Source: an uncultured Oscillospiraceae bacterium
GTDB lineage: Bacteria; Bacillota; Clostridia; Oscillospirales; Oscillospiraceae
NCBI GenBank assembly: GCA_910587505.1
Contig: CAJULD010000003.1
Coordinates: forward strand, 5,370-69,369
Length of the DNA: 64,000 nucleotides
Direction of reading: 5' to 3'
Shown here piece after piece: positions 51,204-59,947 of this stretch. The notes beneath the pieces were generated by a model. It saw nothing but the letters and a program-made list of their open reading frames with translations, was not told the origin of the DNA and made no database searches. Each line of letters starts with the position of its first letter. Positions within the stretch are counted from its first letter, which is position 1. The position numbers and the translations under genes are program-made.

Positions 51204-52010
51204 CTATGGGGCCAGATATTCTTCCAGGCAGACGCCCTGCTCGTGGATCTCCGCCGCAGCCTCCCGGCCTACGTAGCGGTAGTGCCAGGGCTCGTAGATG
51301 ATACCGGTGAGATCGCTCCTGCCGCTGGGATAGCGGAGGATGAAGCCGTATTCCCAGCTGTGCTCCATCAGCCACTTCTGTACGGCGGTGTCCTCCTGGC
51401 TCTCGTCCAGATTCTGGTTGTTCATGTCCACGATGTCCACCGCCAGCCCCGTCTGGTGCTCGCTGGTGCCGGGGAGGGCCACCGTCCGGGCAGCCTCCGT
51501 TTCGGCGTCCTCTGCGGAGCGGCCTTGGGCCAGCAGGCGGGCCACCTTGTTCTGATAGAGCTCCTCCTGCCTGGCATAGCTGCGGTAGGCCGAGCAGATC
51601 ACCGGGGACAGTCCTGCCCCACGGCAGGCGTCCATCATAGCCTGCAAATCGGGATAGCACCGCTGGTCCACCACAAGGCCGTTGGTCAGCTTTTGGGGAG
51701 TAAACGTACAGGTCTGATCCAGGGGAGTCCAGGGATTTGCCAGAATCAGGTTCCACTGGCTTTTGTCCGGCGCGTCCGGCTCCGGCGGGAGCGGGGGCTC
51801 CGGGGCGGAGACGGCGGCGATGGGCCTCACAGCCGCGGCCTGAGGCGGCTGCGGGTCCTTTTCCGGCTCCGGCGGGAGGGTGAAGGCCAGCGCAAAGGAC
51901 AGTACCGCCAGCAGGAATGTGCAGAGCGGCAGGCGGCTTCTTCTCCTCCGCCGGCGGCCGGATCTCCCGCCGCTGCGGGCGGGGTCTTCTCTTTGGTACA
52001 TGGGACGCAC
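51204..52010 (-). CDS. VanY-like M15B D-alanyl-D-alanine carboxypeptidase
   Basis: SAYRSYARQEELY, GTSEHQTGLAVDI, EPWHYRYVG motifs. N-terminal membrane anchor. Confidence 0.8.
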   Translation of the reverse strand: MRPMYQREDPARSGGRSGRRRRRRSRLPLCTFLLAVLSFALAFTLPPEPEKDPQPPQAAAVRPIAAVSAPEPPLPPEPDAPDKSQWNLILANPWTPLDQTCTFTPQKLTNGLVVDQRCYPDLQAMMDACRGAGLSPVICSAYRSYARQEELYQNKVARLLAQGRSAEDAETEAARTVALPGTSEHQTGLAVDIVDMNNQNLDESQEDTAVQKWLMEHSWEYGFILRYPSGRSDLTGIIYEPWHYRYVGREAAAEIHEQGVCLEEYLAP

Positions 52011-52068
52011 CTCTCTGTCAATGAGATGGTCCCATTATAGAGGGACGCCTTATAAAAATGCCGTCGAA

Positions 52069-52088
52069 CCGGCATCGGTCCGGCATCG
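52069..52088 (-). promoter_or_regulatory. Direct repeat CCGGCATCG x2 (11-bp period) upstream of a TATAAT box of the VanY-like gene
   Basis: Plus-strand ccggcatcg at 52069-52077 and 52080-52088. Minus-strand TATAAT at 52034-52039. A related CGGCATC-N4-CGGCAAC occurs at 55094-55111. Confidence 0.4.
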
Positions 52089-52199
52089 AAATCTTTTTTC
52101 CTGAAAAAGGATTCAAAAAGAACTCTGGCGCGCCCTTTTGCTCAGCTGCTCCTGGATTTCTGCGCGGTAACGCGCTGCATTTCCAATTGGAGAACAGCA

Positions 52200-52979
52200 T
52201 TACGAATCGTAGGCGGCTTCATTGGCGGGAGGGGGCTCCCAGGTATTCCTGACATAGGGATTCAGGGTGGTGAAGCCGTACGTATAGTAGTACAGATCCA
52301 GCTGATATTCCGCCTTGTCCTCCGCCGTCCCCAGCGGGAACAACAGCTCGAGCCGCATGGAGTAGTCGAACAACACCTCGTTGCCAATGCGGACCTCCGT
52401 ACCGTAGTATTCCTCCAGAAACGCCCGCCAGTTTTCTGTCCGGGCGTAAATGGGTTCCATGACGTTCCTGGAGATCTCTGCCGTTGAATAGCTCGTGCTG
52501 GGGAGTGAAATCATAAACGCCTTCCCGGAGGCGTCGTCCAGCCAGACATAAAAGTCCTCCCCCACGTCCGGGATATTCCAGTCGAGGGTCCAGGTGGGAA
52601 TGGAAACGCTCCCGTCGTTGGCGCACAGCGTCTGGGGAAAGATCCTGGGAAAGGACGAAACCGGGTATTCCAGCAGGCCGAACCGGGCCAGCTCCTTCAT
52701 GAGTTCATCTGCTGCTGCCAGGACTTCCTCGGGGGTCATGCGGGCGTCCGCCGCCTCCTCGTCCTCGGCAACATAGTAGTCCGAACCGGCAATCAGCTTC
52801 AGCGTCCGGCCCAGGTCCGCCTCCTGCCGGAGGGTCAGGCGGAAGGAGTCGAAGGAGCGGGTCTCCGACCCTGTCTGCCGGGCGTCCTGGAGATAAGATG
52901 CGGCGAAGGGCATCGCCGCCCCCACTGCCGCCAGGGTCAGCGTGATTGCCGCCAGCAGCCAGCGCCTGAGCCGCCTCAT
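52200..52979 (-). CDS. Hypothetical membrane-anchored extracytoplasmic protein, translationally coupled to the histidine kinase
   Basis: N-terminal TM helix and no recognisable motifs. ATGA overlap with the kinase stop. Confidence 0.5.
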   Translation of the reverse strand: MRRLRRWLLAAITLTLAAVGAAMPFAASYLQDARQTGSETRSFDSFRLTLRQEADLGRTLKLIAGSDYYVAEDEEAADARMTPEEVLAAADELMKELARFGLLEYPVSSFPRIFPQTLCANDGSVSIPTWTLDWNIPDVGEDFYVWLDDASGKAFMISLPSTSYSTAEISRNVMEPIYARTENWRAFLEEYYGTEVRIGNEVLFDYSMRLELLFPLGTAEDKAEYQLDLYYYTYGFTTLNPYVRNTWEPPPANEAAYDS

Positions 52980-54382
52980 GGCCGCCCTCCTCTCAGCTCC
53001 ACAGTGACGCAGGCCCCGCGGGGCGCGTCGGTACGGTTTTCAAAGCGGATGGACCCGCCGTGGCAGGCAGCCACCTCCTGACACAGGGCCAACCCCAGAC
53101 CGAAGCCCCCCTGCTTCCGGGACCGGGCCTTGTCCACCCGGTAGAAGGCCTCTGTCAGATGCTCCAGTGACGCCTCCGGGATGCCCCGGCCGTTGTCCAG
53201 CACCTGGATGCGGCAGCCGTCCGGGAGCATTTCCTGCCGGAAGATGATCTCGCCGCCCTCCCGGGGAATGGCCTTCTGGGCGTTGTCCGCCAGATTCAGC
53301 AGCAGCGACCAGACCAGGTCCGGCTCCAGCAGGCACGTCCCCGGCTGGCAGACGCAGGCCACCGCAATCTCCCGCTGGGCCATCAGGGGCCGGAGCCGGT
53401 CTGTGAATTCGCTCACCAGGGTCGCCGGGCTGACCTGCGTGAAAGGCAGGTCCCGCTCCTTCACCACCAGCAGCTCCAGCAGCTTTTTCGACAGATTGGA
53501 CAGCCTCTTCCCCTCGGAGTAGAGGTAGTCGGTGGCCTCCGCCTGCTCGGCGGGGGTCAGCGTTCCGCTGCGCAGGAGGTCGGCGTAACCGATCAGGCTG
53601 GTCATGGGGGTTTTCATCTCGTGGGCGAAGCTGCCCACGAAGAGCTCCTGCCGCTCCATGGCCTGATGAAGCGCCGACACGGTCTTCTCCATCTGCTCCG
53701 CCATGACGTTGAAATCAAGGGAGACGGCGGCGATCTCGTCCTCGCTCCGGATGGGTACGCGGCTGGAAAACCGGCCGGAGGCAATGGCGCGGGAGGCCCG
53801 CGACAGCCCCGTCAGCGGGGCGGTCAGCAGCCGGGACATGGTATAGCACACCAAGGAGCACACCGCCGCCATCACGCCGAACACCCGCAGATAGGTTCGC
53901 AGCTGACTCTGCCGCATGGCGTAGAGGGCGGAGACGTCGTGGGTGGTGTGCAGGAACAGGGTCTCCCCGTTGGTCTTCACCGCGCCGGACAGGACCAGCC
54001 ATTGTCTGCCGGTTTCCGGCGTGAACAGGCGGATCAGACAGGCGTCCGGCGGCGGCTCCTCCTCCAGCAGGCGCTCCAGAGAGGGCCCCGATTCGTAGAG
54101 GATGTCCGTCTCCGTGGCCAGGCACAGCGCCGGCCAGGCGGAGCCGTTCTGCCCGCAAAGCTGCTCCATGGTCCGGGTAATGGCCCCGGCGTCCAGATAG
54201 GGGTCCAGGCCGTTGACGATCTGCAATGCGCTCCAGGCCATGCGGTAGGAGGCAAAAGCCGCGTCCTTCTCCCGCTCCATCGCGTCCCGGAAGAACCCGG
54301 AGATCAGCAGGCTGCCCCCAATCCCGAAGAGCAGCGACAGCGTCGCCAGCATCCACAGGGTCATTTTCACCCGGAATTTCAT
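52976..54382 (-). CDS. Sensor histidine kinase (2 TM, HAMP, HisKA, HATPase_c)
   Basis: H-box SFAHEMKTPMTS, N-box LADNAQKA, DNGRGIP, GGFGLGLALC. Confidence 0.85.
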   Translation of the reverse strand: MKFRVKMTLWMLATLSLLFGIGGSLLISGFFRDAMEREKDAAFASYRMAWSALQIVNGLDPYLDAGAITRTMEQLCGQNGSAWPALCLATETDILYESGPSLERLLEEEPPPDACLIRLFTPETGRQWLVLSGAVKTNGETLFLHTTHDVSALYAMRQSQLRTYLRVFGVMAAVCSLVCYTMSRLLTAPLTGLSRASRAIASGRFSSRVPIRSEDEIAAVSLDFNVMAEQMEKTVSALHQAMERQELFVGSFAHEMKTPMTSLIGYADLLRSGTLTPAEQAEATDYLYSEGKRLSNLSKKLLELLVVKERDLPFTQVSPATLVSEFTDRLRPLMAQREIAVACVCQPGTCLLEPDLVWSLLLNLADNAQKAIPREGGEIIFRQEMLPDGCRIQVLDNGRGIPEASLEHLTEAFYRVDKARSRKQGGFGLGLALCQEVAACHGGSIRFENRTDAPRGACVTVELRGGRP

Positions 54383-54385
54383 ACC

Positions 54386-55045
54386 CTAGTCCACCTCCAG
54401 GCGGTAGCCCACCCTGTTCACCGCCCGCAGCTTCGTCTCCCAGCCCACCTTCTTCCGCAGCCTTTGGACGTGGAGGTCCACGGCCTTGCTGCCGAAGGGA
54501 TAGTCGCCGCCCCAGACCCGCTCGTAGATGGTCTCCCGGTACATGGCCCGGCGGGGATTCCGGGCGAAGAGCAGCAGCAGATCATATTCCGTCTTGGTCA
54601 GATTGATCTCCTCTCCGTCCCGCCACACCCGCATGGAGGCGGTATCGATCTTCACGCCGCCGGTCTCCAGCACCATATCGCACTTCCTGTACCGGCGCAG
54701 CACCACGTCGATCCGGGCCAGCAGCTCCACGGTGTCGAAGGGCTTGACGATGTAGTCCTCCGCCCCCAGGCGCAGCCCCTTCACCCGGTCCGGCACTGCT
54801 CCCTTCGCGGTGAGAAAGATGACCGGGATCTCCAGCGGGCGGATATACTCCATCAGCTCGAAGCCGTCCACCTCCGGCAGCATGACGTCCAGGAGGATCA
54901 GGTCATAGGCGGCCTCCCGCTCCAGCAGGTCCGCGGCTTCCCCGCCGTCATGGGCGCAGGTACACTGGAACCCCTCTTTGGTCAGGCTGAGGCGAATGAG
55001 ATTGGAAATGGGTTTTTCATCTTCGACGATCAGGACGCGGATCAC
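54386..55045 (-). CDS. OmpR/PhoB family response regulator
   Basis: VLIVEDE, LILLDVMLP receiver motifs and a C-terminal winged helix (VDLHVQRLRKK...GYRL). GTG start inferred. Confidence 0.85.
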   Translation of the reverse strand: MIRVLIVEDEKPISNLIRLSLTKEGFQCTCAHDGGEAADLLEREAAYDLILLDVMLPEVDGFELMEYIRPLEIPVIFLTAKGAVPDRVKGLRLGAEDYIVKPFDTVELLARIDVVLRRYRKCDMVLETGGVKIDTASMRVWRDGEEINLTKTEYDLLLLFARNPRRAMYRETIYERVWGGDYPFGSKAVDLHVQRLRKKVGWETKLRAVNRVGYRLEVD

Positions 55046-55301
55046 GGCAGGAACCCTCTTTCGCGATAACGTTGGGAACAGGCTACATCGTTCCGGCATC
55101 AAAACGGCAACAAACAGTTATTATATTTTACTACATCCCGTTCTAATGTGCAACTCTCCCGTTATGCTCACTGCGATTCGGCAACGCCGGGGCGGAGGCA
55201 TCAGAAAGCAGCAGGCGGAGAAGAAAACTCTTTTCAAATCCGCGCCGCTGTAGTATACTGTAAACAGAAACATCATTTATGCGGAGAGGGAGGAAAAGCC
55301 T

Positions 55302-55703
55302 GTGCGCCAGATTGTGTGTGAGGACTGCGGAAAGCGGTATGATTACGGTAAGGATGAATTCTGTCCCCGCTGCGGGGCATTCAATCCGCCGGTGAAAATC
55401 TGGGGGATGGACGCCCAGGGAAACGTGGTCCGGGTGGATGGCGTGAACGAGAACAGCCACGCCGGGTCCTTCGTCCACAGCGAGGTACATAAGGAAAAGC
55501 GGGTCCGGCAGGCCAGGGGGATGGACTGGGGCGGAAAGAAAAAGCAGGTCCCGCCGCCCCGCCCGGCTGCCCGGCCGCAGAGTCAGGGCCGGACACAGAG
55601 CAAAAACAGCGCCAAGCCCGGTATGTCAATAATTTTCTGGATCGTGGCCACGATCATTTTGGTAAATATGCTGCTCCCCTTCCTGATGGCTTTGTTTGAT
55701 TAA
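55302..55703 (+). CDS. Zinc-ribbon protein with C-terminal transmembrane anchor
   Basis: CEDCGKRY...CPRCG, a basic Pro-rich linker and a C-terminal helix IIFWIVATIILVNMLLPFLMALF. GTG start after GAGAGGGAGGAAAAG. Confidence 0.5.
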   Translation: MRQIVCEDCGKRYDYGKDEFCPRCGAFNPPVKIWGMDAQGNVVRVDGVNENSHAGSFVHSEVHKEKRVRQARGMDWGGKKKQVPPPRPAARPQSQGRTQSKNSAKPGMSIIFWIVATIILVNMLLPFLMALFD

Positions 55704-55708
55704 AAAAG

Positions 55709-55738
55709 GAACTGCCGCTTTTTCCGGAGCGGCAGTTC
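55709..55738 (+). terminator. Stem-loop after the zinc-ribbon gene
   Basis: gaactgccgct / agcggcagttc 11-bp stem with a weak U-tract. Confidence 0.4.
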
Positions 55739-55802
55739 TCTGCGTATTTTCCGCTTTTCCGGATATACTATGGCCAAGTATGCGGGAAAAGAGGGAAAAA
55801 AC

Positions 55803-56582
55803 ATGAAAAGAATTCTTCACCTGCTTCTGGCAGGTGCATTTCTTATACCGGCGGCGGCCTGCGCCCAGCCCGTGGAGCCGGTCCGCGCCGCCGGTCCGGC
55901 GGAGATTCCCATGGAAATTCTGGGGGAGCTGGACGAGGAGACCCTGACCGATCTGGTGGAGGAGCCTGCGTATGTGGCGCTGACCTTTGACGATGGGCCC
56001 CGCGCGGATACCACGGCAAGGCTGCTGGACGGCCTGCTGGAGCGGGGTGCGGCGGCCACCTTCTTTGTCATCGGGGAACAGATTCCGGGAAACGAGGCCC
56101 TGCTCCAGCGGATGAAGGCGGAGGGACACCAGATCGGCAACCACACCTACTCCCACGTCCGGCTGCTGAAAGCGGACAAGGATTCTGTGGTGGAGGAGGT
56201 CCACAAGACGGAAACCCTCCTTCGGGAGGCAGTGGACGAGGGGGACTTCTGGCTGCGGCCACCCTACGGGCTGATCGGGGCCGAACGGTCCGGTCTCATC
56301 AAGACGCCCATGATTTACTGGTCCGTGGACCCTCAGGACTGGAAGCTGCTCAATAAGGACAAAGTGACCGCCGCCGTGCTGGAGGCGGTACAGCCGGGGG
56401 ACATCATCCTGCTCCATGATTTCTACTCCTCCAGCGTGGATGCCGCGCTGGAGATCATCGATAAATTGCAGGCGGAGGGATACGCCTTCGTCACTGTGGA
56501 GGAACTGTTCCGCATCCAGGGCGTGGAGCCCCAGCCGGGGCTGTTGTACGCCCGCCCGGACAGGGTGCGGCCCCAGAGCTGA
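55803..56582 (+). CDS. Polysaccharide deacetylase (NodB/CE4) family lipoprotein/secreted protein
   Basis: ALTFDDGP, IGNHTYSH, ILLHD motifs. ATG 55803 preferred. Confidence 0.8.
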   Translation: MKRILHLLLAGAFLIPAAACAQPVEPVRAAGPAEIPMEILGELDEETLTDLVEEPAYVALTFDDGPRADTTARLLDGLLERGAAATFFVIGEQIPGNEALLQRMKAEGHQIGNHTYSHVRLLKADKDSVVEEVHKTETLLREAVDEGDFWLRPPYGLIGAERSGLIKTPMIYWSVDPQDWKLLNKDKVTAAVLEAVQPGDIILLHDFYSSSVDAALEIIDKLQAEGYAFVTVEELFRIQGVEPQPGLLYARPDRVRPQS

Positions 56583-56630
56583 CTGGAGCAGCGGTTAAGA
56601 AACTGCCCGCGCCGTTCAACTGTGCCTCCA

Positions 56631-56659
56631 TTGCGAAAACAGGGAAACCGTGCTACGAT
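56631..56659 (+). promoter_or_regulatory. Putative promoter TTGCGA-17-TACGAT
   Basis: Read directly upstream of the XRE-TPR gene. Confidence 0.35.
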
Positions 56660-56712
56660 GGACCTGAGCCCAAAAACAGGAGGGACGCCTCCGGAAAGCG
56701 GGGAGCAGGGAC

Positions 56713-57798
56713 ATGGAAATGGGAAAACGTATCCAGCATCTGCGGCGGGAGAAAAATCTGACCCAGGAGCAGGTGGCGGCGGCGCTGGGCGTCACCGGCG
56801 CGGCGGTGAGCAAGTGGGAGACGGACGCCGCCATGCCGGACGTGGCGATGCTGTGCCCGCTGGCGCGGCTGCTGGGGACCACGGTAGACGCGCTGCTGGA
56901 CTTCCGTCCGGCGCTGGAGCCCGGGGAGATCGACGCGTTGCTGGAGGAGCGGCGGAAACTCTTTGAAGAGAGACGGCTGGAGGAGGCGGCCTCGTCCTGC
57001 GAGGCGCTGCTGCGGGAGTATCCGGACGACCTGCGGCTGAAATGCGCCACAGCGGGGCTGTATGTCATGTATCTGTCCGCCTCGCCGGACAGGGAGTGGA
57101 CGGAGGCGAAACTCAGGCGGGCGACGGTCCTGCTGGAGCAGAGCCGGGAGAGCGGCGCTCCGGACGTGGCGGCCAGCGCCCGGAGTATGCTGGTAAACCT
57201 CTACGTGATGCAGGAGGAGCTGGACAAGGCGCTGGCGATCCTGGAGGAGGAACCGGGGGCGGCGTTAAACGCGGAAATGGCGCGGGCCGGCATCCATCTT
57301 CGGCAGGGGAAGCTGGACGAAGCGGAGAAAGGGTACCAGACGGGGCTGTGGCTGGCCGCGCGGGATGCGGCGCTGAACCTGGTGGGGCTGCATAATGCCG
57401 CCCTTCGGCGAAAGGACCGGAAGACGGCCCTGGAGCGGCTGGAGCAGGCCATGGAGGTGGAACGGGCGCTGCATACCGGCGAGCTGGGCGGCGTGGGCGC
57501 TCTGCAGCTGCTGCGGGCGGAGGTTCTCTGCCAGGAGGGACGGTTGGACGAGGCCATGTCCGATCTGACGGACTATGTGGAAAACAGGCTGGCCTGGTGG
57601 GCGGAGCTGCGCAGGGGAGACGGAATCAGGAGCGCGTTCTATGATAAATTGAATGTTCAGGCCTCCGGCATGTCAGCGGCCTGTCTGGCCCGGAATCTTC
57701 GGATGATACTGGAGCAGGGCGGTGCGTCCGGCGCTCTGGGAGCACGGGAGGATTTCCGGGCGCTGCTGGCCCGGCTGGCAGAGCTGGAGGAGCAGTGA
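56713..57798 (+). CDS. XRE-family HTH regulator with TPR-like C-terminal domain (RRNPP-like architecture)
   Basis: GKRIQHLRREKNLTQEQVAAALGVTGAAVSKWE HTH, followed by about 290 aa of helical repeats. Confidence 0.75.
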   Translation: MEMGKRIQHLRREKNLTQEQVAAALGVTGAAVSKWETDAAMPDVAMLCPLARLLGTTVDALLDFRPALEPGEIDALLEERRKLFEERRLEEAASSCEALLREYPDDLRLKCATAGLYVMYLSASPDREWTEAKLRRATVLLEQSRESGAPDVAASARSMLVNLYVMQEELDKALAILEEEPGAALNAEMARAGIHLRQGKLDEAEKGYQTGLWLAARDAALNLVGLHNAALRRKDRKTALERLEQAMEVERALHTGELGGVGALQLLRAEVLCQEGRLDEAMSDLTDYVENRLAWWAELRRGDGIRSAFYDKLNVQASGMSAACLARNLRMILEQGGASGALGAREDFRALLARLAELEEQ

Positions 57799-57799
57799 A

Positions 57800-57833
57800 G
57801 TGAGGACTGCCCGCAAATGCGGGCAGTCCTCAC
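57800..57833 (+). terminator. 15-bp perfect stem-loop right after the XRE-TPR stop (no U-tract)
   Basis: gtgaggactgcccgc-aaat-gcgggcagtcctcac. Confidence 0.5.
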
Positions 57834-57957
57834 AGGCTGTTCAGATACCTTCTGACCTGCCGGCAGCTGTCAAAACAGACGGTAAGGAGCCGGCCGTGCC
57901 CTGGGGCAGGGAAACGATCCGGCGGCAAAGAATAATTAGAAATTTTTCCTTCGCCTA

Positions 57958-57986
57958 TTGACAATCAGGTTCCTTTGCTATATAGT
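57958..57986 (+). promoter_or_regulatory. Putative promoter TTGACA-17-TATAGT for the GntR/ABC operon
   Basis: Read directly, 52 nt upstream of the TTG start at 58038. Confidence 0.45.
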
Positions 57987-58037
57987 TAGTTACACAAGTA
58001 ATGAACCACTTGACCGACTAAGAAAGGAGGAGCAGGA

Positions 58038-58403
58038 TTGAATGAGCGGTTGACGGAGCAGAAATCCATCTACCTCCAGATCAGTGAGATGATCGAGACG
58101 GATATCCTGCGGGAGATTCTGCTGGAGGAGGAACAGGTGCCCAGTACCAATGAGCTGGCGAAGCTCTACACCATCAACCCGGCCACCGCCGCCAAAGGCG
58201 TGGGTCTGCTGGTGGACGAGGGCATCCTGTACAAGAGGCGGGGCATCGGCATGTTTGTATCCAGGGGGGCCAGGGAGAAGATCCTTGCCAAGCGGAAGGC
58301 TGCGTTTGCAGAAAACCATGTGGCCCCCCTTCTGGCCGAGGCCAGAAGCCTGGGGATTTCCAGAGATGAACTACTGACTATGATAGGGGAGAGAAACATA
58401 TGA
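58038..58403 (+). CDS. GntR family (YtrA subfamily) transcriptional regulator
   Basis: QVPSTNELAKLYTINPATAAKGVGLLVDEGILYKRRGIGMFV; short 121-aa YtrA-type. TTG start 7 nt after AAAGGAGG. Confidence 0.8.
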   Translation: MNERLTEQKSIYLQISEMIETDILREILLEEEQVPSTNELAKLYTINPATAAKGVGLLVDEGILYKRRGIGMFVSRGAREKILAKRKAAFAENHVAPLLAEARSLGISRDELLTMIGERNI

Positions 58404-59275
58404 GCCTGCATTGTGAGAACATTGTGAAAACTTACGGCGGCAAGGACGTGCTGCATGACGTGACACTGGACCTCAGGCCGGGGAAGATTTACGGCCTCAT
58501 CGGCCGCAACGGCGCGGGGAAAACCACCCTGCTGTCCATACTCTCCGCCCAGAATCCCGCTACCTGCGGGAGCGTCACCCTGGATGGGGACCGGGTGTGG
58601 GAGAACCGGAAAAGCCTCAGCAGGATCTGCTTCTCCCGGGAGCTGAACGCCACCGCCGAGAGCGGGCTGGCCGCCATGAAGGCCAGGGAGTACCTGCGCA
58701 TCGCCGGCACTTATTACGAGAGCTGGGACAGGGCGCTGGAGGAGCGGCTGGTGAAGCTGTTCAACCTGAACCTGAAAAAGAAGCTGGGGAAGATGAACAA
58801 AGGGATGCTCTCCATGATTACCATTGTGGTGGCCCTGTGCTCCGGGGCTCCCTATACCTTCCTGGACGAGCCGGTGGCAGGGCTGGACGTGGTGGCACGG
58901 GAACAGTTTTACAAGCTGCTGCTGGAGGAGTACTCCGATTCCGGACGGACCTTTGTCGTGTCCACCCACATCATCGAGGAGGCCGCCGACGTGCTGGAGA
59001 AGGTCATCATTCTCCACGAGGGCAAAATTCTTATCGAGACCGACACCCAGGCCTTTGTGGACAGCGCCGTCCACGTCAGCGGCAAGATCGAGGAGGTGGA
59101 CGCCGCCGTGGCCGGTCTGGAGGTCCACCACACCGAGACCGTGGGCCGCAGCAAGGGCGTTACCGTGTTTTTGAAGCCGGGGCAGAAGGTGGATGGGAAC
59201 CATGACGTGTCCGTCCAGCCGGTGAGCCTCCAGCGGGCCTTCGTGGCCCTGTGCGGGGAGGAGGCGGCCAGGTGA
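58400..59275 (+). CDS. ABC transporter ATP-binding protein
   Basis: Walker A GRNGAGKTT, Walker B FLDEP, degenerate signature MNKGMLSM. ATGA overlap with the regulator gene. Confidence 0.85.
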   Translation: MSLHCENIVKTYGGKDVLHDVTLDLRPGKIYGLIGRNGAGKTTLLSILSAQNPATCGSVTLDGDRVWENRKSLSRICFSRELNATAESGLAAMKAREYLRIAGTYYESWDRALEERLVKLFNLNLKKKLGKMNKGMLSMITIVVALCSGAPYTFLDEPVAGLDVVAREQFYKLLLEEYSDSGRTFVVSTHIIEEAADVLEKVIILHEGKILIETDTQAFVDSAVHVSGKIEEVDAAVAGLEVHHTETVGRSKGVTVFLKPGQKVDGNHDVSVQPVSLQRAFVALCGEEAAR

Positions 59276-59934
59276 AGCGGAACCTGAAATTCTGGACCCG
59301 GTACACCTGGGAGTGTACGGGGGTGGTGCTGGCCGTAGCGGCAGTGCTGGCCGTGATCGCCGTGTTCGGCGCGGAGGGGCTGGATCTCAGGGCCCTCGCC
59401 ACGGTGGTCCCCTATTTCCTGTGCATCGGCGCGGTCTTCTGCATCATGGTGGGCAACAGCGGGACGCAGACCCTGTACGTGCCCCTCCTGCTGTCCATGG
59501 GGGAGACCCGGCGGAACGTGCTGCTGGGGTTCCACTACTTCCGGGTGCTCATCATCGCGGTGATGCTGGCGCTGTGTGCGGTCATCTGGCTGCTGGTGCC
59601 GGGAGAGGCATCCGCTGTGGGCCTGCGGAGCATCCCCACGATCCTGTGCGTGCTGGTCATCGCCTCCGCGATGGGGAGCATCATGGGGACCATCTTTGTA
59701 AAATGGAAATGGGCGGGCATGATCCTGATCATCCCCCTCTGCGGCCTGGGAGGAGGCATGGTGGGCGTTGCCGGTTCACTGGTGGGCGGCAATTTCCTTA
59801 CGGCCAGGACCTTTGAAATCGTGTCTCATCTGACGGCTCTGCCCTGGTGGCTGCCGGCGGCGGCGCCGGCAGCTCTGGCGCTGGACGTCGGATTCCAGTG
59901 GATGCTCCTGCGGCGGCAGGAAGTGAAGCTGTGA
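59272..59934 (+). CDS. Hypothetical polytopic membrane protein (ABC-2-like permease partner)
   Basis: About 6 hydrophobic helices. GTG 59272 overlaps the ATPase stop. Confidence 0.5.
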   Translation: MKRNLKFWTRYTWECTGVVLAVAAVLAVIAVFGAEGLDLRALATVVPYFLCIGAVFCIMVGNSGTQTLYVPLLLSMGETRRNVLLGFHYFRVLIIAVMLALCAVIWLLVPGEASAVGLRSIPTILCVLVIASAMGSIMGTIFVKWKWAGMILIIPLCGLGGGMVGVAGSLVGGNFLTARTFEIVSHLTALPWWLPAAAPAALALDVGFQWMLLRRQEVKL

Positions 59935-59947
59935 GGAGGGGGAGAGC

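Noticed and set aside
52058-52090. A GGTTCGA-like string (minus strand), checked as a possible tRNA T-loop. More generally I searched by eye for tRNA and rRNA signatures.
   Set aside because: There is no surrounding acceptor or anticodon stem complementarity and the context is a promoter region. No GGTTCGAATCC-type T-arm was seen anywhere in the window. A tRNAscan/Infernal run would be needed for formal exclusion.
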